64,000 nucleotides of DNA from positions 416,001-480,000 of the forward strand of contig CAWJPJ010000006.1 in the NCBI GenBank assembly GCA_963844715.1, written 5' to 3'. Below, piece after piece: positions 42,317 through 55,951 of this stretch (within the stretch, counting starts at the first letter, position 1; the number at the start of each line of letters is the position of its first letter). This DNA comes from an uncultured Phycisphaerales bacterium. Its GTDB lineage: Bacteria > Planctomycetota > Phycisphaerae > Tepidisphaerales > Tepidisphaeraceae. The notes beneath the pieces are model-generated. The model searched no databases, was not told the origin of the DNA, and saw nothing but the letters and a program-made list of their open reading frames with translations. Both the position numbers and the translations under genes were made by a program.

Positions 42317-42324
42317 ACTAGTCT

Positions 42325-42726
42325 TTAATGGTGAGCGGCTAAATACTTTTTAAGGGGGTTCCAATAGTAGGTTTTCCAACCGCTGGTTACTCCGGCGTGA
42401 TCGTGCGGGGGGACGTTGATGTGGACGAGATCGATGCGGCCTTGTTTGCCTTCGTCGGTGAAATAGATGATGAGGATGGAGTCGGGGTCGGTCTTGTGGA
42501 ATTCGCAGCTTCGCCAGCGCAGGACGATGAGTTTGCCGGGGTCGGCCGCGAGCGTTGTGCCGGATAGCATTCCGCCGAAGGCAGCGAAGGGGCTGCCTGG
42601 TTTGGGGCTGATTTTGACTTTTCCGCCGCCGGTGAATGCTGCGTGGCGGCGCGGGTCCATGTAGAGATCGTAGAGCTGGTTCGCCGAGGCTTTGAATTTC
42701 ACAGAACAGACGATTGGCTTGATCAT
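42325..42726 (-). CDS. SRPBCC/AHSA1-like protein
   Basis: LYDLYMD, G.LIV.RWR, GWKTYYWNPLK. Confidence 0.85.
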   Translation of the reverse strand: MIKPIVCSVKFKASANQLYDLYMDPRRHAAFTGGGKVKISPKPGSPFAAFGGMLSGTTLAADPGKLIVLRWRSCEFHKTDPDSILIIYFTDEGKQGRIDLVHINVPPHDHAGVTSGWKTYYWNPLKKYLAAHH

Positions 42727-42808
42727 GGCGTCGCTCCCGGTTGACGACGGGCGGGAGTCTACCGGATTTCTTGCCAGCAACGTGCGTTTGGACGAAAATT
42801 AGCGGACT

Positions 42809-43977
42809 ATGCCGACCCGATACGACCCCGACCCCTCATTGAAATTCACATTTGGACTTTGGACCGTTGGAAACATTGGCCGCGATCCGTTTGCGCGCCG
42901 GTAAGGGAGCCGATTACGCCGGTGCAAATCTGCAGGCTGCTGGGCCGCGTGGGAGCGTACGGCGTCAACTTGCATGACAATGATCTCGTCCCCATCGACG
43001 CCACGGCGCGGCAGCGCGAAGCGATTGTGAAGACCTTCAAGAAAGCCGCCGCGGATAACGGACTCGTTGTCCCGATGGCTACGACGAATTTATTTGGCGA
43101 TCCGGTATTCAAGGACGGGGCTTTTACAAGTAACAACGCCAAAATCCGCGCCTATGCGGTTCAAAAAACCATGCGGGCGATGGATCTGGGCGCGGAGTTG
43201 GGCGCGAAGATTTTTGTCTTCTGGGGCGGACGCGAAGGCGCGGAATCGGATGCGACGAAAGACCCGCTGGTTGCGATTCAGCGATTCAGAGAAGCGGTTA
43301 ATTTTCTGTGCGAATACAACATCAAACAAAAGTATGGATTCAAATTCGCGTTTGAAGCCAAGCCGAACGAGCCGCGCGGGCATATTTATTTTGCCGTGAC
43401 GGGGAGCTACCTGGGTTTCATCCCCACGCTGGATCATCCGGAAATGTGCGGCGTGAATCCGGAAGTGGCGCATGAACACATGGCGGGGCTGAATTTTGTG
43501 CACCAGGTGGCCGCGGCGCTGGAGGCGAAGAAGCTATTCCACATCGATCTCAACGATCAGGAATTCGGGCGGTTCGACCAGGATTACCGGTTTGGATCGG
43601 TGAACGTGAAGCACGCCTTTTTCCTGGTGAAGCTATTGGAAGATCATAAATACGCCGGGCCGCGCCATTTCGACGCGCACGCCTACCGGCAGAGTAATTA
43701 CGACGACGTCGAGCAATTCGCTCGCGGCTGCATGCGGACGTACATGATCCTGAAAGAGAAAGTCCGCCGGTGGCACGCGGATTCTGAAATCCAGCACCTG
43801 GTGCGGCAGATCAATCTGGAAGATCAGCCGCTGTCGAATTTGATTCGGGCGTACAATCCCGCGGGGGCGGCGAAACTATCAGCCGTCAAATTCGATCGGC
43901 ACCGCCTTGCGGATGAGCCTTTGCCTTATGAGCGGCTGGATCAACTGACGATGGAATTGATCATGGGCGTACGATAA
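42809..43977 (+). CDS. xylA: Xylose isomerase, short class I type (frameshift near 42893)
   Basis: [52 protein letters not shown]. Confidence 0.93.
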
Positions 43978-43993
43978 GCTTGGGAAGTGATAA

Positions 43994-44066
43994 GGGGCCG
44001 TAGCTCAATTGGGAGAGCACCACGTTTGCAACGTGGGGGTTGCCAGTTCGATCCTGGTCGGCTCCA
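43994..44066 (+). tRNA. tRNA-Ala(TGC)
   Basis: GGGGCCG/CGGCTCC acceptor with G3-U70; anticodon loop TTTGCAA; T-loop TTCGATC; CCA not encoded. Confidence 0.96.
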
Positions 44067-44209
44067 TTCGAATCTGCCCCACGCCGCTATCCTGCCCCGT
44101 GCCGCCATTCTTGGGACGACGCTTTGGATTTCTGAAACTTTCCGGCGGGGTTCGTATATTGCAATGCGGACGCACTCACTTTACCATGTAAAGACCGCGG
44201 CAAGTCCCT

Positions 44210-44824
44210 ATGGAACTGCACGACGCCCTAACACAGATCGCAGATATCCGTCTTCAGATGGCCCGGACCCGCATGTTTCGCGGGTATCGGTCGGGGACGA
44301 CGCTGTTTTCGGCTGCCGTCGCCGTGGTTACGGCGCTGGTCCAGGGCTTTTTCATTCACGACCCTGGGCATCATGTTCTCAGCTATTTGTGTCTCTGGCT
44401 TGGAGCGGCCGCACTTTTCATCGCTGTGATCGGCGCCCGGATCTTTGTTCGCTATTGGCGGGATGATTCCTCGCTGGAGCGCGAATTGACGGTTCTCGCG
44501 GCCGAGGGATTCATTCCGTGCATCGCAGTGGGCGGATTACTGACATTCGTTCTTGCGCAGGTGGCCTGGTCCACGCTCTGGATTCTTCCCGGACTGTGGA
44601 CCATCCTGTTTGGGCTGGGGCTGCTCTCCTCGCGGCGAATCCTCCCGCGCCCGATGGCTGCAATCGGAATGTTCTATCTCACATGCGGACTGCTCTCGAT
44701 TGTGCTCGCGCAGCTCGTCGCGCCGTTCTCGCCGTGGGCGATGGGAATTCCGTTTGCGATCGGGCAAACAGCCGCGGCGGCGGTTCTGTACTTCAACCTG
44801 GAGCGCGCCCATGCCCCGGAATAA
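44210..44824 (+). CDS. Multi-TM membrane protein
   Basis: MELHDALTQIADIR, then about 6 TM helices; overlaps the regulator gene. Confidence 0.75.
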   Translation: MELHDALTQIADIRLQMARTRMFRGYRSGTTLFSAAVAVVTALVQGFFIHDPGHHVLSYLCLWLGAAALFIAVIGARIFVRYWRDDSSLERELTVLAAEGFIPCIAVGGLLTFVLAQVAWSTLWILPGLWTILFGLGLLSSRRILPRPMAAIGMFYLTCGLLSIVLAQLVAPFSPWAMGIPFAIGQTAAAAVLYFNLERAHAPE

Positions 44825-45200
44825 CGCCGGTCCAAAATCCACCGCCGCGCGCTTCGCCTATCGCGGATTGGAGCGCGTGATTCACGAGAAGGCGCGGCTG
44901 AGCATTCTTTCCTCGCTGGCGTCGAATCCGGAGGGTCTTCTCTTCACTGAGTTGCGCACGCTGTGCGCCCTGACGGATGGCAATCTGAGCCGGCAGCTTC
45001 AGCTTCTTCAGGAAACCGGGTTCGTGGAAATCTGGAAAAGTTCGCGCAACAATCGCCCGCAGACTCGGGTGAAACTGACGCCGGAGGGAAGAACGCGCTT
45101 CCTTCAGTATATCGCCGTCCTCGAGGGCCTCGTCGCCGACGCACTTTCCCCCAGCGAATCGCTGGCCGCCAATGCGTCACCTCGTTTAGCCACCACGTAG
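44811..45200 (+). CDS. Winged-helix (ArsR/MarR-like) transcriptional regulator
   Basis: IHEKARLSILSSL, LTDGNLSRQL, LTPEGRTRF. Confidence 0.88.
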   Translation: MPRNNAGPKSTAARFAYRGLERVIHEKARLSILSSLASNPEGLLFTELRTLCALTDGNLSRQLQLLQETGFVEIWKSSRNNRPQTRVKLTPEGRTRFLQYIAVLEGLVADALSPSESLAANASPRLATT

Positions 45201-45343
45201 TTTATGGGAGAAGTGCAATCATGTGCCGTTTTCTTGTGCGTTTACTTTACGCCATAAAGCTTGTAGCCGCGATCTCGGCTTATTCGCTTCGGCATCGGCG
45301 GCCCAAGTTATGGTGAAGCGTAGGCTGAAAACCCGGATATGAC

Positions 45344-47250
<1,907 letters not shown>

Positions 47251-47254
<4 letters not shown>

Positions 47255-47896
47255 GGCTTGACGGCCGGTCCCTCGAGGATGGCGCATCCAAAGACGGACG
47301 CGCGCGGGCTGATCCGAGTGAAGCGTCGCACGACCGGTCGCCAGCGCGACCACGGCATCTTCCCCCGCGTTGTCACCGGCGTGTCCGCGCGAATCGGTGA
47401 TTCCGCCATTGAACATCATTCTTCCACTGGGTTCATAAAGGAAGACCTGGCCGCTCGTTTGCGCGTCAAATTCCCTGGCCAGTGTGCCGTCGGAATCGAT
47501 CAGCGTGCGCACACCGGGCGTCGCGTTTGCGGTTTTCCAAAGTCGGGTTTTGGCCCAATCGTCGGAAACTCCATCCGGGCGGAAGAAAACCACCGTCGCC
47601 GCCAGACGATCTTGGCAGGCTATGACTATCTTTGCCAATTCCTGCACGCTGGCGTCCGAACAGGGGCATTTCGGATGCACGAACATCACCAAAGTGTCTC
47701 GGTCTGACTCAAGCGGCAACGCGGTGGTTATCGGCCACTCGGCGGTCGCCGATGACGCTGCGCCGGGCGTGTGTTCATACTGGGCAATGTGCACAGTGCC
47801 CTCCCCGACCGCAAGGGCCCATAGTGCGCCGCATATCGCCAATAAAACGAGTTTCAAAACAGCCGTCTCCAATCCCGACCGCACCCAGCTAACCAC
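47251..47896 (-). CDS. Membrane-anchored thioredoxin-fold protein (RedB-like; frameshift near 47305)
   Basis: HPKCPCS, F.AQTSG, GGIT.SRGH.GDN; shifted frame ends VFGCAILEGPAVKP-stop overlapping the kinase ATG. Confidence 0.7.
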
Positions 47897-48153
47897 TTAG
47901 GCGCATGTACTAATTCATCGGTGATCCCTCCTCCTTGATTGACCCGCAACTCATATAACTCCCGAAAAACTGCAAGTTTGCGCGGCGGAAACTACAATAT
48001 TTGCACCCAAAACACCTATCCCTAGAATCGCATTTCAACCGCGAGGAACCATGAGACATGTTTCGGTGGCGATCGCGGCGGCGATTATTCTTGCCGCCGC
48101 GCTATAACGGTGGATTGTTCGGTCCGGTTTTTACTCGTCGGTCGTGCTCATCC

Positions 48154-49019
48154 ATGTACGGCTCCCATCTCTCCATCGCCGGCGGTATGCACAATGCGCT
48201 TTTAGAAGCGGAGAAATTTCATTTTGATACGGTGCAGGTCTTCACGAAGAATCAGCAGCAATGGAAATGCAAGCCTCTGGACCCGGAGGCGGTTGAACTC
48301 TGGTCTTCCCACCGCGCGCGGTTGAAATTTGGCGTCACCGTCAGCCACGACAGCTATTTGATCAATCTCGCCTCTCCCGACGACCGGCTTTGGCGCGCCA
48401 GCATCAATCTATTTATCGAGGAACTTTCCCGTTGCGCGACATTGCAAATCCCCTATCTGGTGACGCATCCAGGTGCACACATGGGCACGGGCGAAGACGC
48501 CGGACTTTCGCGCATCGCGGCGGCGCTCGACGAATGCCACGCGTGTGCCCCAGCCGATGGCGTGATCACTTGCCTGGAGATCACCGCCGGGCAGGGATCG
48601 TCGCTCGGGTATCGACTGGAGCATCTGGCGACGATTATTGAACGGTCGCGCAACCCCGAACGATTGGCCGTCTGCCTCGACACGGCTCACCTTTTTGCGG
48701 CCGGGTACGACATCCGGGGCAATAAATACGACGCCTTTCGCAAAGACCTCGAAAAAACCCTCGGCCTGTCCCGCGTCAAAGTCCTCCATGTGAATGATTC
48801 CAAAAAGGACCTGGGCTCCCGAGTGGATCGGCACGAACACATCGGGCTTGGGAAAATCGGAAAAACCGGCTTCATCCCCCTGCTCCGGGACCCAGCTTGG
48901 AAGAACATCCCCAAAATCCTGGAAACCCCCAAGGGCGCGGCCCCGGCGGGAAGCAATGGGACGCCATAAACCTTAAAACCCTGCAAACGCTGGCGAAAAG
49001 CCGAAGAAGATTTGGATGA
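48154..49019 (+). CDS. nfo: Endonuclease IV (frameshift near C-terminus)
   Basis: GSHLSIAGG, HDSYLINL, HPG, EITAGQG, CLDTAH, HVNDSK, DRHEHIG, ILETP. Confidence 0.93.
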
Positions 49020-49020
49020 T

Positions 49021-49120
49021 AGTCGCCGGTTATTAGTTGCCAGACATGGCCGCGGCCGCATCCTTTACTGGCAACTGGCAACTCGCAACTACGTCATTCC
49101 TTATTTGTCATTCGTCATTC
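49021..49120. repeat. Heptamer-armed hairpin (TGGCAAC units) plus a GTCATTC tract
   Basis: AGTTGCCAG...CTGGCAACTGGCAACTCGCAACT, then GTCATTC repeats; related units at 52383-52405. Confidence 0.55.
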
Positions 49121-49146
49121 CTTCGGGTTACCATATTCCCTAGGGC

Positions 49147-51121
49147 GTGTGGACCCAACACTTCATACTCGTTCTGGCGATTTGTTTTCTGCCATCGCTT
49201 GCCGTCGCCGATCCGACGACAGAGCCCGCGCCGATTCCCTTGCCGACGATTCCGGACAAGACTTTTAACGTGATGGATTACGGTGCGGTCGGCGACGGGA
49301 CCACTGATGATACGGCCCATCTTCAAGCGGCCATTAAGGCGTGCGCCGATGCGGGCGGCGGAACCGTCCTCATCCCGTCGGGATATTCCTTCGACTCCAA
49401 TGCGCGCTGGCCGTCGATTCCAGCAACACGGCCATTCGCATCGACGGCACCCTCCTTTCGCCCTTGCAAGGAAGGTATTCGAATCCCAAAAACAGCCTGA
49501 TCACGTTTCTAAAGGGGCACGATCTGGAACTGTGCGGATCCGGCGCCATCGAAGGGCGCGGCAGCGTCGGAACCAACGGCGGCTGGTGGGGAGATAGATC
49601 AAAGGGAATTCAAGCTCCGCCCGCCAGCGATCGGCCGAGGCTCGTTCGCTTCACCGACTGCGACACCGTGTATATCCACGATATCACGCTCAGAAACTCC
49701 CCCTCCTTCCATGTGATCTTCGGGAACACCAACAATGTGACCATCCGTCACATCACCATTTACGCCCCTTCCTCCGAACCTTCGCAAATCAAACCGGGCG
49801 AATTTTGCTCTCATAATTCCGACGGCCTGGACCCGCACGGCAGCAACTATCTCATCGAAAATTGCAACATTTCGTGCGGCGACGATGACATCGTGGTCTG
49901 CGCCACCTATCCCATCAGCCGGAATGTCACTATACGCAATTGTACGATCGGGACGGGGCACGGCGTTTCCGTCAGCGGCGGCAGCCTCAGCCCGAACGCG
50001 AAGGCGAGTAAGGAGGATGAAGGGGGCGTCGATGGCGTGCTTGTAACGGACTGCACGTTCAACGGAACCACCAATGGCATCCGCTTCAAGGCGAATCGCA
50101 CCGCCGGGCCAATCATGCAGAACATGACGTTCCAGAATCTCAAAATGGACGGCGTCCGCCTGCCCATCTTCATCACCGATTGGTACAACGGCGCGCACGG
50201 CGGCCTTCCCGGCGATCCGACCTCCGACACCGCGGAGGGAGATCAAAAGCCGGTCTGGAAGAATATCACCTTCCGTAACATCACGGCCTCGGGCGGGCCT
50301 TCCCTGGGCGTGGTGGCGGCTCTCTACGGCTTGGAAGAATCTCCGATCGAAGACCTCCATTTTCAGAACGTCAAAATCTCCGCGCCGCATGGGCTGATCG
50401 TGGACAACGTACACGGCTTCACCATCGATGATGATTGCCGCTTTGACGCGTTGGAGGGAAACACGTTCATTTCCTCGACTGCGGAGAACGCGCCCAAGAT
50501 TCCTTTCAACGTCTCGATCATGCCGGATGGTTTTTCGCTCGTGTCGCTCGGAAATCCCAAAGTTCCGGCTGACACCACGGAATCAATGTACGATCCCAAC
50601 ATCAAGAACTGGACGATCCTCTGCGAAGGCACCGGCGTGAATGGCACGAGCGACCAGTGCCTCTATTGCGCCCGCCCGACTACGGGCGTCTCGACAATCC
50701 AGGCTGACCTCACTCGCCTGGAGCTTTCCCGCCGCAGCCCGGTTTCGATCCCCCCTCCTCGCAGGCGGGGCTCATGTTCCGCGTCTCCAACGATCCCGGC
50801 GCACCGTATGCCGGCATCTTCGAAAACAGCTCCGGCCAGATCGTCTTCCAGACCCGAGTGCTCAACGGTGGCGTACCGCTTATCACGCCCGGCTCGGCGA
50901 GCGTGGCGCCGGGCGAAGCGGCATTGAAGCTTACGCGCGATTCATCCGGCGTCTCCGGCTTCTACTCAACAGACTCGGGTCAAACCTGGACACAGATTGG
51001 GGCGGCCGTAAATGTTGGGAATCTCGACGCGCCAGGGGCAACCGTGGGCGTGGCCGCAGCCAATAGCATCGACGGGCAAACCGCGCCGGCGGCGGTTGCC
51101 CACGTGCAGACAACGCCGTAG
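49147..51121 (+). CDS. Secreted GH28 polygalacturonase-like protein with C-terminal beta-sandwich (two frameshifts)
   Basis: FNVMDYGAVGDG, RPRL, NSDG, GDD, GHGVS, GIRFK. Confidence 0.85.
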
Positions 51122-51138
51122 ACGGCGGCGAGCCGCCG

Positions 51139-51297
51139 GAAACCCGAAGCCCGAAACCAGAAATCCGAATCTCTCCGCAGGCGAGTCGCCGTAGCGACAA
51201 TGTTCAAATGCCCGACTGAGCCACGGCGTTTGCGCGAGGTATGGGTCATTCTGGTTTCGGATTTGATTCGGACTTCAGGCTTCGGGTTTCGGGTTTC
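51139..51297. repeat. Heptamer-armed hairpin (CGAAACC units)
   Basis: 51139-51171 versus 51265-51297 reverse complement, 29/33 identical. Confidence 0.85.
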
Positions 51298-51489
51298 TTC
51301 TGCCACCTTGGCAGCCAACCCCCGATCCACACTAGCTTTGGCAGAAATCCCCCGGCTTGGAGGCCTTCGCCGGGTCGGCGCATTGTGGTCCCTATCTTAT
51401 TGATCCCGCTGTACTTACAAAAAACCTCTCTCCGTCGTTGGTCCGGGCACGCCAATTGTAATTAAACCGTCCAGGCTGAACGGGCATGG

Positions 51490-51912
51490 ATGGTACGTGT
51501 TGTGAAACAGTCGAACCGGTTGACAGTGTTATTGGCGAACGAGCAGGACGAGTGGAACCTGACGGTTCGCGGCCTGCTTGAGCCAATGGGAGTTCAAACC
51601 GTCGCAGCCCGTGGCGGCAGGCAGGCGCTGGAATTGCTCGAGTCGACTTCCGTGGATGTCGCGGTCCTGGATGCACAAATGCCGCAATTGGGCGGGCTCC
51701 AGGTGATCCGGCTTCTCCGCGAGCTGCACAAATCGACGCCCGCGATTCTTTTGACCAGTCATCTGACCAGCCACCTTTTGCAGGAGGCGCTGGGGATGCA
51801 GGTCTTCAGCGTTTTGACCAAGCCTGTCGATTTCAATCTGCTGCTCGACGCTTTGGCCAGAGTGTTGCGCAGATACCATGAGAATCGGTGGCCGATGAAA
51901 CCCGGCGAGTGA
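51490..51912 (+). CDS. Single-domain response regulator
   Basis: VLDAQMPQLGG, ILLTS, KPVD. Confidence 0.85.
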   Translation: MVRVVKQSNRLTVLLANEQDEWNLTVRGLLEPMGVQTVAARGGRQALELLESTSVDVAVLDAQMPQLGGLQVIRLLRELHKSTPAILLTSHLTSHLLQEALGMQVFSVLTKPVDFNLLLDALARVLRRYHENRWPMKPGE

Positions 51913-51920
51913 CCGGGCGG

Positions 51921-52036
51921 AATGACGAAATTCGAATGATAAATGACGAATCAATTTTCACTGCTCCAATGACGCGACGGTCGCTCATTCGATCATTGGA
52001 ATTTGATTCGTCATTTCTCATTCGTCATTCGTCATT
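51921..52036. repeat. Heptamer-armed hairpin (AATGACG units) upstream of groES
   Basis: 51921-51954 versus 52003-52036 reverse complement, 30/34 identical. Confidence 0.85.
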
Positions 52037-52075
52037 GTGAAACGAGTACCAAGTAAATTAGAAGGAGCCAGCGTC

Positions 52076-52366
52076 ATGTCCAAACTGCGTCCCCTGGGAG
52101 ACAAGATTCTTATCAAGCGCGTGGAAGCTGAGAGCAAGACGAAGTCCGGGATTGTGCTTCCGGATTCGGCCAAGGAGAAGCCGAAGCGCGGGAAGGTGCT
52201 TTCCGTCGGGGAAGGCAAACGCCTGGAAAACGGCGAACGCGCCCCCGTCGATGTAAAGAAAGGTGACGAAGTCATCTTCACCAGCTACGCAGGCACCGAA
52301 ATCAAGGTCGACGGCGAAGAACTCATCATCATGAGCGTCGACGACGTCCTGGCCATCGTCGAGTAA
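52076..52366 (+). CDS. groES: Co-chaperonin GroES
   Basis: LRPLGDK, SGIVLPDSAKEKP, YAGTEIK; RBS AAGGAG. Confidence 0.97.
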   Translation: MSKLRPLGDKILIKRVEAESKTKSGIVLPDSAKEKPKRGKVLSVGEGKRLENGERAPVDVKKGDEVIFTSYAGTEIKVDGEELIIMSVDDVLAIVE

Positions 52367-52370
52367 TTAA

Positions 52371-54065
<1,695 letters not shown>

Positions 54066-54088
54066 TTCCCCAATAACGATCCCCGACG

Positions 54089-54327
54089 AAAGCCAATGGA
54101 TGGCCATCCGTTGGCTTTGACACGAAACCCCCGGCCACGTCCGGGGCCATCGTCGGCCTTGTGGTCGGCGGCGTGCTCTTAAGCGCCAGGAGCGCAAGGC
54201 GTTTGTGCGGACATTTCGGAGCCACTCGAGACCCGGCGGATGGCCATCCGTCGGCTTTGGCGGAAATAAAATGCGGTTTTCCTTGTCCCTCGCATTGGGA
54301 AAGCCGACGGATGGCTATCCGCCGGGG
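54089..54327. repeat. Three REP-like palindromes; copies 2 and 3 form an inverted doublet
   Basis: 54089-54118 AAAGCCAATGGATGGCCATCCGTTGGCTTT; 54231-54258 ACCCGGCGGATGGCCATCCGTCGGCTTT; 54300-54327 is the reverse complement of copy 2 (26/28). Confidence 0.9.
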
Positions 54328-54370
54328 AATTTTCTTGTATTGAGGCAATAGGTCGCGCACACTTCCTCCC

Positions 54371-54920
54371 GTGCCGCAACCGTGGAACGACTGGTACCAC
54401 GTCGTCGTCCACGTTTACGGCTCATGGCTCCCCGGCGACCCACGCGGGTGGCGGGCACTTAATCATGCTGTCCACATCGAAAGGGATTACAAACATCCGC
54501 CGAGACCGGGCGAATTCGGGGAGATACATCGATATTCGCAGGCACTGATGAAGCGGCCTGCGACGCACCTCGCGGCCGAACTGTGTCCGGTCGCAAGCGC
54601 GGCGATCATCGATAAACTGGAATCCGACGGCGTGCAGGTGCTCGCGCTTTCGCTCGACGGCCATCATTTGCACTTGCTGGCGAAATTCGTTGGTGAGCAG
54701 CCACGGCATTGGGTCGGCCGGGCGAAGAAACATGCCTCACACGTCTTACGCCGGCAAGGCCTACGGACCGGCAAGGGTGGCTTATAGGCCAAATGCTCGC
54801 GGGCGGAACCCATCCGCGATCGGCAGCACCAGATCAATACATTCCATTACATCGTCCGGCACGGGCAACGCGGCGCCACATGTCTGGACGTTTCGCGACA
54901 AAAGGAATCCCAACGGATAG
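54371..54920 (+). mobile_element. Y1/HUH REP-associated tyrosine transposase (RAYT-like) with an in-frame TAG at 54785
   Basis: YHV...YGSWLPGDPRGW, HUH motif HHLHLL, GL-stop-AK where W is expected, then FHYIVRH with the candidate catalytic Tyr; no tnpB. Confidence 0.8.
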
Positions 54921-54936
54921 CCGTCCGTTGGCTTTG
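54907..54936. repeat. Fourth REP-like palindrome, overlapping the RAYT 3' end
   Basis: ATCCCAACGGATAGCCGTCCGTTGGCTTTG. Confidence 0.88.
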
Positions 54937-55013
54937 AACGGCCGGACGGACCCGCCGAGCAAATCGCAGACCGCGAAGGGCCGGCCGATTTCACCCTCAT
55001 TCAGTCATTAAAG

Positions 55014-55057
55014 CATTCGGGCTTGATTCTGGTTTCGGATTTCGGGTTTCTGGTTTC
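55014..55057. repeat. Solo right arm of the heptamer hairpin family
   Basis: TTGATTCTGGTTTCGGATTTCGGGTTTCTGGTTTC resembles 51263-51297. Confidence 0.65.
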
Positions 55058-55174
55058 CTCCAACGGCCGCCGTCCTTGCCCCACCCGTCCCTTCCCGGTA
55101 GTGTCGCTCAGGCATGGCTTTAATGTGCACGCCGGGCGGCCTGGTGGCCGATAAGGGTGTGAAACGGAGCGGCC

Positions 55175-55818
55175 ATGCGATTAGTTCGGGATGCTGTCAT
55201 GATTGATGAGGAAGAGGAGCAGATGCCCGCGCCGGCGGACGGCGTGGTCGAGGAAGTCGTGGATGAGGGGGACGAGGGGGACGCCTCGGCCGATGTGGCG
55301 GTGGATACGCGCGTAATGGAAGCCCTGCTTCTGGCGACGCACCATCCGCTGACAGCCGGGCGGCTCGCGGAATTGATGGGTTTGCCCGCGACGCGGCCGG
55401 TGCGCAAGGGGGTTCAGCAGCTCAATACGGAATATGCGGATACGGGGCGATCGTTTCGGATCGAGCAGGTGGCCGGCGGATATCAGATTTTGACTTTGCC
55501 GGAGTTTGGGGAGCAGCTCAAGAAGCTGCATCAGCGCGAGATCGACGCGAAGCTGACCAAGGCGGCACTGGAGACATTGGCGATCATTGCCTACAAGCAG
55601 CCGATTCTTCGGGCGGAGATTGAGTCGATCCGCGGGGTGGCTTGCGGGGAGACGATTCGGAATCTGATGGAAAAGCATCTGGTTCGCATCGCGGGAAGGG
55701 CCGAGGAGCCGGGGCGGCCGATTCTATATGGGACGACGAAGCGATTTTGGAGGTCTTCGGGTTGAACAGCCTGAAGGATCTGCCGCAGAACGAAGAGGGG
55801 TTGCAGCCGCAGGGGTAA
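55175..55818 (+). CDS. scpB: SMC-Scp complex subunit ScpB (frameshift near C-terminus)
   Basis: EALLLA, VAGGYQ, LTKAALETLAIIAYKQP, IRGV, GRPILYGTT, FGL.SL.DLP. Confidence 0.93.
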
Positions 55819-55880
55819 ATCCAATCGGATGTTTTGCAAATAGGTAACCACGCCGGGGAGTTCCCTTTCCGGTTTTCTTC

Positions 55881-55909
55881 TTGCAATCATCTTGCATGTA
55901 CATTATGGT
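55881..55909 (+). promoter_or_regulatory. Putative promoter with a TGCAA-N5-TTGCA palindrome over the -35 (Fur-family-like box)
   Basis: TTGCAATCATCTTGCAT; TTGCAA-17 bp-TATGGT. Confidence 0.45.
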
Positions 55910-55951
55910 TGCGTCTGCGATTTAGTCAGTTGAATCGTTGGAGCACCGGAC

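Noticed and set aside
13320..44066. Genomic island bounded by the two tRNA-Ala genes
   Set aside because: Different isoacceptors in opposite orientation, no integrase or att duplication, and core genes lie between them
51300..52075. CIRCE element upstream of groES-groEL
   Set aside because: No TTAGCACTC-N9-GAGTGCTAA match; the inverted repeat there belongs to the heptamer hairpin family
54785..54787. Stop-codon recoding (TAG read-through)
   Set aside because: Single instance; TAG terminates other genes normally and no suppressor tRNA is present in the window
54089..54936. CRISPR array
   Set aside because: Copies are in mixed orientation with irregular spacing, no cas genes are present, and an HUH transposase explains them
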